The notes: generated by a model from the letters alone, not told the origin. Shown: positions 24,981-40,500, counted from the first letter of the stretch. The stretch is DNA of 64,000 bases from Paragordius varius (GCA_964247055.1 OZ176054.1:4774001-4838000); one strand, 5' to 3'. Numbers and translations: made by a program.

Positions 24981-27900
24981 TCAAAATACATAATCCGCAG
25001 TTGCCATTTCAATGGCCCATAAAAATTTATCCCTTTGGGTTTTATTATACAATTTTGCAATGTTAATGTCATGCTTCTTGCACCTGTAAACATAAAAATA
25101 ATAATGATAATTTAATTAAAAATGAATGATATAAACTATGTTTTTGACAAGGTAATGTATTTTAATCAATTTACCAGGCTACAGTAATCCGTGGATCTAA
25201 ATAATTTAATTTGGACGTTCCCAGTGCAATAGTTTTATTTTCCTCCTAAATAATAAAAATTAAATAAATGTTTGTAAAAAAATTGATTTTCTTAATATCC
25301 AGAAATTTTTATGTAAAAATAACAGTAAATTTTATAACTATAAAAACCAAACATAAAAGTAAATATTTTTATAAAAACCATATTTTTTGATTCCATACCC
25401 ATATAGTTATAGTAGTCATATATAATTATGGGTATAACCAATTTACTTTTATATATTTAAACCAGACGATAGTTTATAAAGAAATCGTCAATAATAAGAA
25501 ATATGTTTTTTTTTATATAAAATATATTAGTCATTAACTAATTATTTATGTTTTGTTTTTATACTTTCAACTTTAACTGTAAAATATATAGAAGTATGAA
25601 TGCACCTTATCAGTAGCTTGTAATTCAAGCTTTAAGAGTTGTTCTTTTAACCGTTCCAATTTTTGTTTTTTCTTTGCATAAATCTGCTCATACTTTTCGT
25701 CTCGACCCTTGAGATCAGCTTTTGCTGTTTTAACTTCAGCTTTTGCCTCATTTATTAACTGTTTTTTGGCTTTAACCTAAGATATACATATATATTTTTT
25801 AAGATTTCTGATAATCATTGAATAACTATGTAAAAAAATTGATAGAAAAAAACCGGTTAAAAGAAGTTTGTTTAAAAATTGAAAAAATTGGCTAAATTCT
25901 GGAGAGGGTTTATTTTATTTGTGTGCAAATTTATTAATTTTTTTATATGCAAAGGTAGCATAAATTAAAAAATTCAGTTCTCACAATGAGTTAATTTTTA
26001 AAAAATAATCCTAAACAAGATTTAACAGCAAACTTTTTAACCTAAGTTTAAAGAAACAATAAATTACCTTTTCTTGTAAATTTTCCATTTGTTTGCCATA
26101 AGTTTTGGGTATGGTCCTTTGATGGTTACATAGTATAGCAACTGCCCTATTTGCTCGATTATAAGATAATATTTTTTCATGAACAGTGGATGAATCTGTA
26201 AAGAATGAAAGACTTTAAGAACCTTGATATACATTACTTATCCATTTATAGAATCATTATTTTGTATCAAAAATAAACGTGTCGATTTTATAAAGATTTC
26301 TATTTTAATTTTCCAGCGATACATAAATATTTATTTAACGTTAGGTTTGCAACACAGAAAAATATATAATAAACCCTTTAAAAAAGTAGAAAAAGTATTA
26401 TAATTTCCTTACCGTCAGTTAATTTATTCAACTGATCTTGTAAGGTCAAGGATGCATTGAATGTACGGAAAACTTTAGCCGTAAGTCCCTCCATTTGTTC
26501 GTTAAGATATTTATTCAAAATCTGCGTCTAACATTTTTTTAAATTTTAAAATAAAGAGTTGTGATCATGACTAGCAAAAAAATAATATAGATAATTAAAT
26601 TTTCTGGTAATTTTATTAAATATAAATTTGATGTACATAAGCGAAAACGAATTAGACATGACAAAAAACTTAATTGAAATGTGGAAAAATAAATTGGTAA
26701 CTGTTAATCGGTCAAATAATTCATCTTGCGGCTTCTTATTTTTCATAAACAATTGAATATTACGAAACACACGATGTTCAACAGGGACACGGTTTTGATA
26801 TCGTATAGAATCCTTACCTATTATTTCAAAGATAATAATATAACTTTAAAAAGAACTTTTCAGAAATTTTTTTATAGATAATAAAAATGTATATATTTCA
26901 AGACAAATTTTAATTATAGTTGTAATTTGTAATTACCAGCACATATAATATAAAAAGTGTATTTCATAATAAATTTTGTTCTTTAGTAACTATATCAATT
27001 CAAAAAAAATTATAATCAAAAAATTTAAAAGAAAAAATAGCTATCTTTAGTATAATCAACATAAATTTCAATATTTTTTCGCATAACTATGTTATTGATA
27101 AAAAAATAACCAAAACTATTTGACTATAATTAGAGAACAGAGTTAACTATTTTACCAAGGAAATCAAAATCTATGACATATTCCTCATTATCCTCCGTTT
27201 TTTCTTGCAAAGATAAATGTTCAACTCGTAAACTACAACAACCTACTGTATCAGCCGTGTCATCGTCCTTTTCATTCCCGGCTCTTAAGGCAAGCTAAAA
27301 AAAATATTTTTTTTTAATTATTATACGATAAATTTATTGTGTTTGCTCTCCTTATACGCTACATTTTTTACATATTCAGTTTAAATATATTGAAAATATT
27401 GTCGAATTTCTAAACCATTAGTATTATTGAGATTAAAACAAAATTTTATTTACTCATTCAAAATTATAACAAACATTAATGAAGTTAATTAGCTAGTTCC
27501 ATAATATATAAAAAGTGTTTAATTTTCCCATTTTTTGTCCCCATAAAAACGAGGCTAATAGAATAGATAAAAAAATACAAAGGTATTAATGCATTTTGTT
27601 GATAAACACAAAATCTACATTAACCATTTAAGAATTACTTTATCGATAAAGTAGAGAGCAACACCCCTCTGCCTCTCCAACATAGATTTACTGCGCCAAT
27701 CCAATTGATATTGTGCACGGATTTTGTCAACCAGCGTTTTTAATCTCCTAGCCGTTTCATATTTCATCCAATCTTTCTCGCCCTTTAAATTAACAAAAAA
27801 ATTCATTTTAATGAACAAAAACTATTATACTTACAATTTTATCAAACAAAATAATCTTTTATTAAAGGAATTAAAACAAAAAAGAAATATATATAAAGAA

Positions 27901-30900
27901 TTAATCAACATTTAAATATAGGTATAATTCATGGGGTCTACAGACTTTATGTACGGCCCGCGAAAAATTTGGAACTTCATATTCGCAAAAAAAGCTCACA
28001 AAATCTTAGTAAAATTGAAATTTCTTAAACGTTTTTCTAAATAAGTTTAATTGGCAAAAACTAGAAAAATCGTTTTGCATTTGCAATTCACAGTTTTTAT
28101 AAATTATTAATAACCATGTATATTTGAAATGCTGACCGCGAAGGCAATAGGTGTTGGAGACACCAATAAATCATTATATCATTGTTAAATCGATGCTTAA
28201 ATTAAAAACTAATTTATAAAATATAAAAATTAAACACCATATAATCTAAATGTTTATTTTCAATTCTAATATCATTTCCATTTCAAAACTCAAAAATTAA
28301 ACAAAACTTTATTGAAAATAAAACCTATCAATAACTCTTATTTTATCAATGCCTAAATTGAAAATTAATCAACAATATATGCTTAAATTAAAAAATAAAT
28401 ATGCATTATATATATTTTTTTAAACTTTGAGTTTAGAGGACGGATTTAACATGACATATTTGATGGATTGTTGTATATTCTCAGTCCAACTAGCCAGCCA
28501 AGTTACCGTGTTATCGTGTTTTATTTCCTTCCATCTATGGCCGGCAGGGGGTGTGGGGATTTTTCCATTCCTAAAATTAGCAAAGAATAAAAATAATGTT
28601 CTTACGAAAAAAATAATACAAATATAATATGAAAAATGTCTAAGATATTTGCTTTAAACTATATAATTTAAATGGATGTAAACAATGTGGCAAAATAATG
28701 AATTTAGAAAAAGCATGAAAATGATAATACTTTAAAATAAATTATCTAATTACATACATATATATTATAAATTTAAAATTTTTAATCACAATTCAATATT
28801 TTTATCATTCATGGGCAATTCATCAAAAAAAATTACAGAGTATACAAAAACTAACCATTATTTTTTGAAAGAGTTTTAGTAGATATAAAAATATATTATA
28901 TGGATATTATTTACGAAAAAAATTCTTTAATACAAACTATTTGCAGAGTTTTAGAGTATATTATACAAACACGTAAAAAATGAAACCATTTTTTTAAAAA
29001 GACCGCACTTTTTTAAACCTAGATTTTATATATAACTCATTGCTTTGTAGTTGTAAAATAAAAAAGTTTGATTGTCTTTATATACCATTAACAACTCACA
29101 TTCACCTTTAATTCAAATCTCCTTTGATAATTCCCTTTCGATCAATTCGAATTCACCCCTAAACATTTCATACACCCCAAAATAAAATATGTGCTTTTGG
29201 ATATGAAATATCTATTTATTGCACAGTTTATTATTTTTTCTGTATTATGTTAACTTCAAAAATTCCATTTTTTAAAAATATAAAAAAAATATAGGTTATT
29301 GATATTTAGAAACACCTTATTCAATTTAGGGTGAATGGCCAAGGTTCAAGGACGAAATAATTTGTTCAAGGTAAAACTTTAGGCGTTAATTATAAATATT
29401 AAAAATGTTTAATTAAATTTATATGTATATATTACTTTCCACAATTTATGATAACGTCTTCGGGTTGAATCCGACGTTTAAGCATACCCATTTTGGGGTG
29501 ATCGCCTCGTCCCCGGAATAAACCGGGTGGTTCAATTTTGTAATTACCAATTTTTTGAGGGCGCCCATCCAAAATACAAACGCCGTATTTGTTTTGAAGG
29601 GCTTCTTGTTCTTGTTTAATTTTCTATACCAGATCGTATGAAATAATCAGTTAGATATTTTTTTCTAATATTTTTCTATACTTAACTTAAATATTAAAAT
29701 TATAAATCGTATAAAAACAAAACATAGAAAATAAAATTGTTTTTATGTAAAGGAATTTTATAATCTTGAATTTTTGTAAAATTTATCGTTGCGATAAACG
29801 AATAAAGTTTGAAATTACCAATTGTAATCTTAAAGTTTATAAGACAAACACAAATCTCTATAAGAAGGAGATTAGCTTATTACTTTTTAAGTTTTGTTTT
29901 AAAACAATAAGATATTAGTAAAAAAATAACCAATTTTTCTTCCTTTGTCATGTTTTTTCTTTCCTCACTCTTAAGTTTATAGTAATGAGCAATGGCTGTA
30001 AAATCACATTTGGTTAAATCGGTTATGAGGAGCCGTTCCTCTTTACTCATAACCTAAAATATGTGTAATAAAAACGGTTAATAATTGTAAGAATTAAAAA
30101 ATTTCTAATAAATTTATTAGAATATGGATTGCTAACAGTGTGTCATCCAAAATGCTTTAAGAATATATAATTTTACATTTAAAGTTAAAGGATGGTAAAT
30201 AAAGCGCAAAAATTATTTTGCCCACAAAATATTTAAAATCCGCTCTAATAAGTTAATTTAATTAAATGATTATTATGTAATAAAAAATAGCCCATTTAAT
30301 ATAATTAAACATATATTACAACGTAAAAAACATTTGTGATGAAAAATATTTAAAATTCCGTATAAAGCTTACCTTTCGCCAATCTTTGAAAAAGTTTTCA
30401 TTAAATTTTTCCTTGGTGACATAATCATGTTCTATCATTCGCGCATAAAATCCGGCAACCTCCTCAGCTTCGGGTGAAAGTTTTACAACATTCCCTAAAC
30501 ATATATAACATGTATATCTAGAAATTTTACAAAAAATAGACATAATTAGTTTCAAATATTGAGATTGTTAGTAAAATCAATCAAAAAAGTTTCAAAGTCA
30601 CATGGTGTTTTTAATTTTTTAGCTTAATGAGTCATTTTAGTAATATATTTGTAGGTTTATGCCAATTGGGTTCATATTAAACAATCGAAAAATTAGCGCA
30701 AATACTAAACTAATCTTTTTTGCGTGTTAAATGCCTTCCTTCCAATACACAAATTAAATTTAGCTTAAATATTAATTAATCCCACACTTATAACAATAAT
30801 AAACTAACCATCATATTTGAAATGAATATTATTGGGTAAGGGTTCATAATCAGGGGCAAATATTGGGCCTTGATGTTCCAGAGTGTGCCATTTTACCCCA

Positions 30901-33309
30901 TCTTCTCTCATATCCTCTTCCCACCTAAACAGATCATAAATTTAAAATTAAATTAAAAAAATCGAGAAAACATCATGGTATTTACCCACAAATTTTAATA
31001 TCAATAAACCCATAATCAAAAAGTATGTATTAAATATGAATTTACATGTTAATAAATTCGGATTTGTGATGCATTATATATGTTAATATAAAATTTTGCC
31101 AAAAACGAACTAATTAAAAGAGATATAAATACTAAACATTTAATATTATTAATTTTGCCATTATTTTTGTCCCCACCCTTTATGTCAATCGTTTGAATGG
31201 TTAATTTTGAGACAATTTTTATCAACAAAAATCGAATTTGTTTCCACATAATTACACTTATACCATTTCCACACATGGGGTTGGTCTCCTCCTTGTTGTT
31301 CATGTTCAATTTTAACCTCTAATTTTCGTTCAGTTTTTATACTTTTTATACTATCCTTGCCTTTAAGGCTAGCCGTAGTTTTACTGGAACTTTTAATGCT
31401 CGTTTTTGTGGAGGTAGAACTAACAGAAGTCTTAGATTTCTTTTGTTCAAACGAAGAATTTTCAGTATCAAATTCTGTTTTAATGCGTTTTTTACTATCA
31501 GGCGGTGTAATTTTTGATGATCCGGATTCTAATTATATGAAAAAATAAGTTAAAGACAAAACGTGGATAAAATACAAATATTTTTTAACCCTTAATTTTT
31601 CAATTTAGTTAAATGATTACGATTGAGAATAATACAATTAAGATTGTTGCCTATTTAAATTTCAATATTTCTTTTCAAAACAGGTTAATAAATCAAGAAA
31701 TATATGGTTTTTATTCTAAAAATATTAATCTTTTCATAATTAAAAATTTATAAAGTAAAAATTATATAGATTAACTATTAAAAATATCGCTTATCATTGT
31801 TCATATGCAAACTTTTTTATGCGCAAAAAATCCCGACAAATTTTCAAGTAAATTATTAATAAAAAGTTAAATTTGATTTGTTCAGGAAAAAGTATTGCGA
31901 AAGAAAGGTCATTTTTCATGAAGAGAAATTAATAAATGGACTTTGAACCATATAGTAGCGTAAGGTAAAAAACAACAAATGGTTAAAAATAAACAAATTT
32001 TTTTCTAGATCTTAACTAAATCGTGTTTATCTCTTTATGGACAAACTTTATATTATATCATACGCTAGTGGAAAAATGTATAAAATTTTATAGAATCTAA
32101 AATTTCAATTTTTTTTATTACTGATAGGAGAAGGTGTATGTGATTCATGTTCACGTTTAATGGATTTGCCAGAATCGGAGGATTTTTTAATATGATTGGA
32201 AATGGTCTAAATTATATGAGAAAAAATAAAATAAACTTGTACAAAAAAGGACAATATTTATTTCATATTTCAAATTAATTTACAAAATAATATTGTGCAA
32301 CAAAATATAATATAATATAAAAAACATTAAATTTTACTATTTGGTTTAATTTTTTGAATGTAATTATAATATATTTTTCGTGTATAAGATAAGAAAAACC
32401 TAATGGTTACTTCTCTTAAAAAGCACTTAATTACTATCAGATTATTTTAGATGTTTTTTCCCTTAAATTTAAAAATATATAAATTTTTAAAATAACCTAT
32501 AAATGTTATCTGAGGAGTTAACTAAAACTTATCCGGAAAATAAAAAAACTCGTAGTTTACGTAAAAGCACATACATTATCGTTATAATATAGCTAAGAAA
32601 ATGGAATATATAATTAAAAAAAAAGAATAAAAATATATAATAAACAGCATATTATGTTTTATACGATTTTAAACAAAAAATTTTATGTGAAAAAACACAC
32701 GTATATACATATGTATAGATACAGTAGCATACGGATAAAACGAACAAATAGAATAATTAAAAAAATTCCCATCCTAAAACATTAAGTTTGTTTTATACCA
32801 GACCCTACTGTAAAATAAAAAATACCTCTTTAGTCGGTGAAGTATTGTATTCCAATTTAACTTTATCGCCCATTATCTTTTTTTGTGGCGTAGTAGTATT
32901 CATAATTTCTTTTTTAATCGACACTGTTTTGTTTTGTGTAGCGTTTTGGGTCCTTTTTTCAGCTTGAGCTTTATTCAATTTAACACTCAAGGGTATGTCA
33001 TCATCATCATCTTCAGAAGACATAATTTTAGATTTTTTATTCAGGCCTTTTGAGTTGGCATTAATTGAAATCTTTGATTTGCTAGCGTTTTGTTCATTTT
33101 TAGGGATTGTTGTTTTAGATGTGGAAAGAGGTTTAGCCACCGTCTTTAAGGGCTGAGAGGTGGATTTTGATTTACCCACAGTAGAATCGATGTTATCATT
33201 CTATGCGTGAAAATTAAACATTAAAGTTGCCCCTTAAAAATAAAAGTACCAATAAAAAATTTTGTGAATATTAATGAACGGATTACTCTAACTATCAAAA
33301 ACGCTAAAA

Positions 33310-33367
<58 letters not shown>

Positions 33368-34407
33368 TAGAAAACTTATGATTAGTTTTCAAAATTCTAG
33401 AACACATAAAAATTAACATAATGTGCCATTTAAAATAGATAAGCATATATTTATTAAGATTTTTTTATGAATCAAATATACTAAAATCTTAAACCTTACA
33501 TTATAAACAAAAAAAGCGACTACACATTTACTATAAAGAAATTATTTCGAATAGCAAAAATACTTTAGGCTCATCATGATTACTAAAAATTTATCATTTT
33601 ACACAAAATATATAATCATTTACTTTAAGAGATGGTTTAATTTTATTGAGTTTTTGGGTTAAAGGTAAATCATCATCGCTATCTTCGTCGTCTGCCATAA
33701 TAGTTCTGTTTTGTTGTGTGATTGTTTGAGTTTTGTCCATGTTTAAAGAGACCTCTGACACCATAATTGATTGAGAATCTTGATAAGGTTTAACGTCATT
33801 ATCAATTTTTTCTGTAGTAGTTTGTTGAATAATAAGAGCTGTGGTTTGGGAATGATCATAGGATATAGAAGATTCACTGGTTTTATCAAAATGGCTATTC
33901 ATACTACTTATATCATTTACAGTCAAATTTTGATTTAGGGTTGATTGATGTATATTGTTGTTTTTCCCAACAGGATTATCAACAGGGAATTTATCAATAG
34001 CAAAGGGGCTATTATTATAGGCAAAATTTTCGGTATTAGCGATCGTGGGATCAATTGTGTGAGAATTGTTTTGAGGATATCGGTAATTAGTTTGTTCCAA
34101 ATAATTATTTAAGGAATAATCCATGGATGGTTGCTGATGAAAAGGATCCATGATTGGTGATTGATTATGAATGTTTTGTTGAATGTCTGAATAATTATTG
34201 GAGTCAGACACCTAAATAATATAAATCTATAATTACTTTATGAGGGTAAGCATGATTCAAATTATTTCTTAAATCTGAATTGGGGAATTGTTTATTATGC
34301 GGTTGATGTATTAAATTCTGTGGTTGTTCATCCATAGAATAACCATTATTTAGGCTTGTATTTAATTGAGAGGGTATCGAAGATACAATATTATAATTCA
34401 TATCCAT
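24981..34407 (-). CDS. TOP1: DNA topoisomerase I (type IB), 18 exons
   Basis: Exons, read high to low: 34407-34237, 34211-33624, 33200-32826, 32206-32122, 31528-31264, 30924-30809, 30494-30373, 30053-29931, 29623-29436, 28570-28426, 27782-27639, 27294-27156, 26817-26702, 26527-26413, 26195-26068, 25776-25606, 25245-25175, 25083-24981. Motifs [66 protein letters not shown], catalytic SKLNYLDPR and C-terminal [12 protein letters not shown]. Confidence 0.97.
29085..29375. mobile_element. Older copy of the 21-bp-unit MITE family in a TOP1 intron
   Basis: ta|ccatt start, aattcaccc units, inverted agggtgaat/ttgttcaagg on the right; internal region aligns with 21150-21310. Confidence 0.6.
33312..33364. 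repeat. (TA)n microsatellite in TOP1 intron 2
   Basis: About 26 perfect dinucleotide units. Confidence 0.98.
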
Positions 34408-34541
34408 ACAAAATTTTAGATATTGGCGATCAATGGAGGAGCATAGGTCGAAATTATTTTACAATGCAAACAAACAGCAAAATGTTCACCGTATGAACAT
34501 TGGCACATGTGGTAAAATTTGTACGGCAATACAAATAATTT
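34408..34541. promoter_or_regulatory. Putative bidirectional promoter/5' UTR region between TOP1 and DCTN1
   Basis: Only 134 nt separate the divergent inferred ATGs (34407 minus, 34542 plus). Confidence 0.6.
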
Positions 34542-37500
34542 ATGTCGGCAGAGCTATCGATTGATCAACGCGTTATAATAGGTGGACGAAAGGTTGGTAC
34601 GATAGCTTTTATTGGAAAAACACAATTTTCAGAGGGAGAATGGGTATATTATTCTATTATTTTTAAGATTGGTGTCATACTAGATAAGCCCATTGGAAAA
34701 AATGACGGATCCGTTAATAATATCAGATATTTTGCATGTCAAGATAAATACGGTTTGTTTGTGAAATCAAATCAAGTTTTTTTATTTATATACTATAAGA
34801 TAAAACCTTATAACCAAACCTCCAATGATAGTCTATTAAGCATTAAAGAGGAAAACCGTTCATCATCATCAATTAATGAGCCTCTAGTATTTGAAGAAAA
34901 AGATAATAAAGCAATTTTGAGCGAAGATAAGTCTACCGATAACACTCTCATTCAAATGAAGATTCAATTGGTTGCAAAAGAACAAATAATTGCGCAATTA
35001 AAAGAAAAAATTGCCGATTTTGAGGACAAATTGGAGGTATTGAAATCTAAACGAGCAGAAGACAGGGCTAAGTTAAAAGAAATCGAAAAATTAAAGATTC
35101 AATTGCAACAAGTTTCTTTATAGTTTGCTATTTAATTAGCTCCTTGAATATAAATTGAAAATGATGGAATCTCACACTAGATTGCAACAAGAATTGAAAG
35201 CCACCAAAACGGTAATTACCTAATATTATATTGTGTCCTATCATTTTTATGTATCTAATAACCACTTATTGAAATTTTTGGGTTTGTAAATTTAGATGGT
35301 ACATGGTTTAATTACAATAAAATAATTTTTAATTTTATTTCTAACTCATATTATTTAATTTATTCAATATTATTTAACTCAAATTCACCATTAAACAACA
35401 AATTTACTCTTCAGGGAAAATTCATAATTAGGATTTAATATTTGTTTCATATAGTTTTTATATCATTACCATAGTGTATTCAACTTTTTATAAAATCTAT
35501 AATAATTATATAAATATATCATGTCAGGGCAAATAATTAAAAAAAGTTACTTATCAGTTTTAAAAGTTAAAATTTGTAAATGGTTAAAAGCTGGCTTAAT
35601 ATACGAAATTGTGAACTCGGACAAAATTTAATAACTATTATAATTTAATCCAGTGATATATTATTATTTTCATTGTGAATTTAAAATTTGCAAACTAATC
35701 GGAAAATTAAATTTTCAGGGGTTAATTTGAAGGTTACATGAGATACATATTTAAGTTTATAACAATACAAATTTTTTAATGTTAAACCACGCCTTTTAAT
35801 TACTGTTCTTTTAGTATTTCGTTAAGTTAGCTTAGAAACATTGGTAATAAAATTTATTAATGGGCCATTATTTTAGGAATTGGAGGAAACCAAAGAAAAA
35901 TATACCGATTTCGATAATCAAATACAAGAATTATCCGATTTATTAGAAATGGCTACTTTGGATAAAGAAATGGCTGAAGAAAAGGTTGGCATTTATTTTT
36001 AAATTTAATATTTACAATTAATATTCTATATTTTTAGTTTTTTATAATTCACCTATATTTTTTAATTGCGTATGTATGTAGCTAGACGGATTACAATCAC
36101 AAATCGAAACACTTCGGGAAGAATTGAATGATAAAACCCTGAAATACAATGTTTTGTTAGATGAAACTAAAACAAAACGTATTTTTTTTAATTTATTGAT
36201 TAAATAGCGAAAAAAATTTTTTTAACCAAATACTCTTGTAATCAAGGATCACTTTTACAATAATAATAATAGTTTCGTAAATAGAATATACACACGGATT
36301 ATATTTATAAATGAGTTTCATACATGAAAAATTAAAAATAGCTCACAATTAAAAAATTTCAAACATCAATCTTTGCGATCATATTTTTTTCTGAATTAAT
36401 TTAGTGGTGGACGCATCAGGGTTGACAGGAAAAGATTTAGATGGGATACCTCATGTAACTTTACATCAATACCGCTTATTGGACGATCAAAATGCAAAAT
36501 TAAAAGAAGGATTAATAAAGTTTTCATAAGTTTCTTACTTGGTTTTTTTTTCTTTAAATATTACATTAATATTTAACTGCTTAGCATTAAAGTAAATATA
36601 AAGAGTAGATTAGTATTTTTATACAAGAAAAATATTTTTTAAATCATATCTACGATGTTGCAATCACAGATGTACACTGGTAAAACATGCAATTTTATTT
36701 ATCAATATTGGAATTAGGTGATAAAATATCTAAGGTTCAAATTTAATAATAATTAGTGTCTCAATTTTTATTTGTTAATAAGTAATCAATAAAAATGCTT
36801 CTGCTGGCCACATTCGAAAAATATGTGTGCATTATTAAATATTTAATAAGATATACAGATAAGAAAAAAATTGCGAATACAATAGTACTACTTATATCTC
36901 ATTTTTCTAATCTGTTACTATAATAGGGTGAGAAATTTTATAATACCAAGCTTATTTTTTGAATTTGGAACATGATATATATTTAGAAATTTTTATATAT
37001 TCCGCGGGCTGATAAAATATTTTGGAATGCCGCATTGGGGTCGCATTTTGCGCACCCTACGTCTATCTAATAAATTACTGCAATAAATTTTATATATATA
37101 TAACATTTTAAGTATCAAATAATTAAATTATGTCCTAAAAAAGAATTATTGTTATAATACATTTTATAAATATAATCTTAGATTACGAGATATGTTGGCT
37201 ACCGAAAAAGCAGATCGGATAAAATTAAACAAAGAACTTGACGAGGTTCGGAGGAATGAAACCGCACTCCTTAAAGAGCGTGATAAATTAGCCACAAAAT
37301 TGAAAGAATCCGAAATATCAGTTTTTGAATTAAGGTTGTGCATAGTCTATGCACTTTTATAATAGATACATGAATCATATATTAATACCCTTTTTCTGAT
37401 TTAGGATAAATTTATTAAATTTATATAAATTCCGCGTAATTTCAAAATGTCTTTAATAATTTTTATTATCTGATCAATATTAAAACACAAATAAAAAATT

Positions 37501-40500
37501 TTACCTTAAAATATTGTGAATGTGATAATAACGCTTAGGTTGTGAATATGTTTAATAAAAAAATTTAAGATAATTGCTATTTTTTTAATTTATTTTCTTA
37601 AATAGGGAACAGGTTGATGCATCTTTGGGAGCAGAGGAAATGATTGAAGCTTTAACCAACAAATATTTGGATTACGAACAGAAAAATACAGAATTAAGCG
37701 AAGCGCTAGAGGATTTGGAAAAATTACAGGATATCAATGAAGAGATTCAGGTAGATAATTACTGTATAATAATCTTATACAAATATCAGCAAAGTTATGA
37801 TTTTAAATTAATTTATTAATAAATTTTTGTTAAAAACATCTAACAACACTAAAATATTTTATATAAATAATGAGGTATATAACAATAAATAATTTGATTA
37901 TTGGATTGCTGTTCTTTAATTCTTCTTATCAGCTGAATATATTTTTTTCTTTAAATGATGTGATTAATTTCTTTTGAGAGTCGTTTAATATCATTTTTAT
38001 GAAATGGTTTGAATAATTTTGATTTGTATGATCTAATAACAATGGAGCTAATAAAATAAATTTTTGCTGGATTATAAATTTAAAATAAAGGCAAGTTTTT
38101 TAAGCTCGCTTATATTTAAAGCATTGTTTTACATATTTAAGAAACAATAAACTGTTGTTGTACTTTTAGATAATTAATAACAAAAATTCAATTTTTGTTT
38201 TCCATTAAAAAATCTAAGATAGGCACGCATTTTTAAATATATTTTTATGTGTGTGTGTGTTTTTATTAGGAAAATTTCAAAGAAATCGAGCGTGAATTAC
38301 GTCAAGAAAGGGATAAAATGGAAATTCAACTTGAACGACAAACCCAAAAATTAAATGTCACCCTAGCAAGTGTGCGTGAATACGAAGCCACTACGCTAAA
38401 ATATCGTCAATTGGTGTCCGATTTGAGGGCCAAAAACCAAGAAATGTCCATACAAATTCAACAACTCCATGTTAGGATTAAAATGTTGGAGGTACATTGT
38501 GATGATAATCAAATTTCACTCATTGCAAGTGCCAATATGTCTAAACGTGATAAAAAGTACCATAAGGCAGCTAATACCAATAGTTTTTCCAGTAAATTTT
38601 CAACTACCTTAACTTCCCAGGCACATTGTGGTACTGTAGAGGTGGAAATGTTTACTCAATTACTTTTATGGCGAATGAATGGCTTAGTGAACAATTACAA
38701 AGGGGAAATGGAAAAATTAAAGATGTTAGATGTCATAGATCAAAATTTATTCATAGCTCTCTTTACAGTTTCCACTGATACACAACTAATTTACCTAGAA
38801 ACATACAATGCTCTGGCTGAATTGATAAAAGAAGGCTGCAATATAAATCAACCATTTACATTAGTTAATTTGTTATCGTTTTCCAATGTTTTTAATGAGT
38901 TACCAATTGATAAATCCATGATTGGTAACAACAATGCTTCTTACCTACTCTTTATCGAGTCTTTAAAATTATGGGCAATTACAATTGTTGCATTAGATTT
39001 TTTGAGTTTGTTAACGATGAAAGAGGTTTCACATATTGACCCATCTACCTTTATTTTAATACCAATGGTACAAACAACTGATTCGCAAAATGAGGCACTC
39101 ATGAAAGATTTGGATAAAAGATTAGATAGCTTAACCTCCGTTTCAAATAAATTATTTTTAAATGCCATATATTCATTTCAGTTTTTGTACGCAGTATTTA
39201 ATAGCATAAAGAATAATGATAATAATGAAAGCTTCGTAGACACGTATAAGCAATTGTTGTCTGATATGAGTGAAGCATTCAAAGTACTTTTTTCACCTGA
39301 TGGGAACCAGTTTAATTCTACTCATCAAAATAATTTTCAACACACTAATTTAATCAATCATTTTGTGTTACGTTTCAATAATACGCAACCCTTGGAAATA
39401 CAAAGCAAAACAACAGAATCTTGCTTTAATCTAATTTCAGAGTCTGAATCAAATAAAAATTTGGATAATAAAACTTTGACCTTGAATGAAACGTGTTCAG
39501 TGCTTTTGGGCAGCTATGCTATTGATTATCAAATGTATCAAGCGTTAGAAATATATACCCAAACGCTTGAATACTCTTTTGTCGAATTGGAAAATTTTTA
39601 TCAATTAGATGTGTCCTCAATTGACGATGCATTAACTAACTTGGATAAAAATGTTGATGAAGGTTAACCATATATAATGGGCATATTATTTTATGTATTA
39701 ATACTATAAAAAACTCAAATTTTGCTTACCCATTTTATTGATTGATGTCCATATTAAATATTGTTTCGCATTAAAATTTTTAATTGTTGAAACCGCCCTT
39801 AATATTTTTTTAAAAATAGTCAATATATGTATGTGTAATATTTTCTCCCAGATAACAATGCATCTTTTCTCTTCAATTCATACACAAAGTCAAAGAATCT
39901 CGTCCACAAAATTCGTTTAGCCTTACAACAAATCATTCGTCACCATGTAATGAAATTGATTTCACCACTTTTGAACATTTTTACATCAAATACAACGCCT
40001 AACGCATCTATGGCTAATTCAATAAGTACCCTACTTTTTGGAGGTCTAAAAGATTCGAACACTGAACCTAATACGATAGATTTCATACAAGCGATGATTT
40101 TAGACGACAAAATCCATTATTCTCCGGATGTTATAGATCAAAAAATCGTTCAAATTTTGGCAATCTACACAACAATGTCCAACAATGTTAGTAACCCGAA
40201 AAATATTTCTGGTGAAAAAGGCTTACGCTACCATATACTTTCTTGGTATCAAGCCATACATTGTTTAACAGTATTTATGACACGAATGGCGCTTATTCAT
40301 GCCACAGCATTAAAACCAAAAATGTCCGCAGATGTTTCCGAGCGAAATGTGATATCGACTGAATCCCAAGCAGAATTTACACTGCCATTACTAAAAGACA
40401 AAATAATTTCAGATTATTACAACGATGAAACATGTAATTTCGTACCAGAAAACGTGAATGTTAATTTAGCTTACAAAGAAGAGTTGAAAACATTGCTTTC

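Noticed and set aside
32807-32825. 18-nt intron gtattttttattttacag after TOP1 exon 3
   Set aside because: It would be followed by an in-frame TAG; the phase-compatible next exon is 32206-32122.
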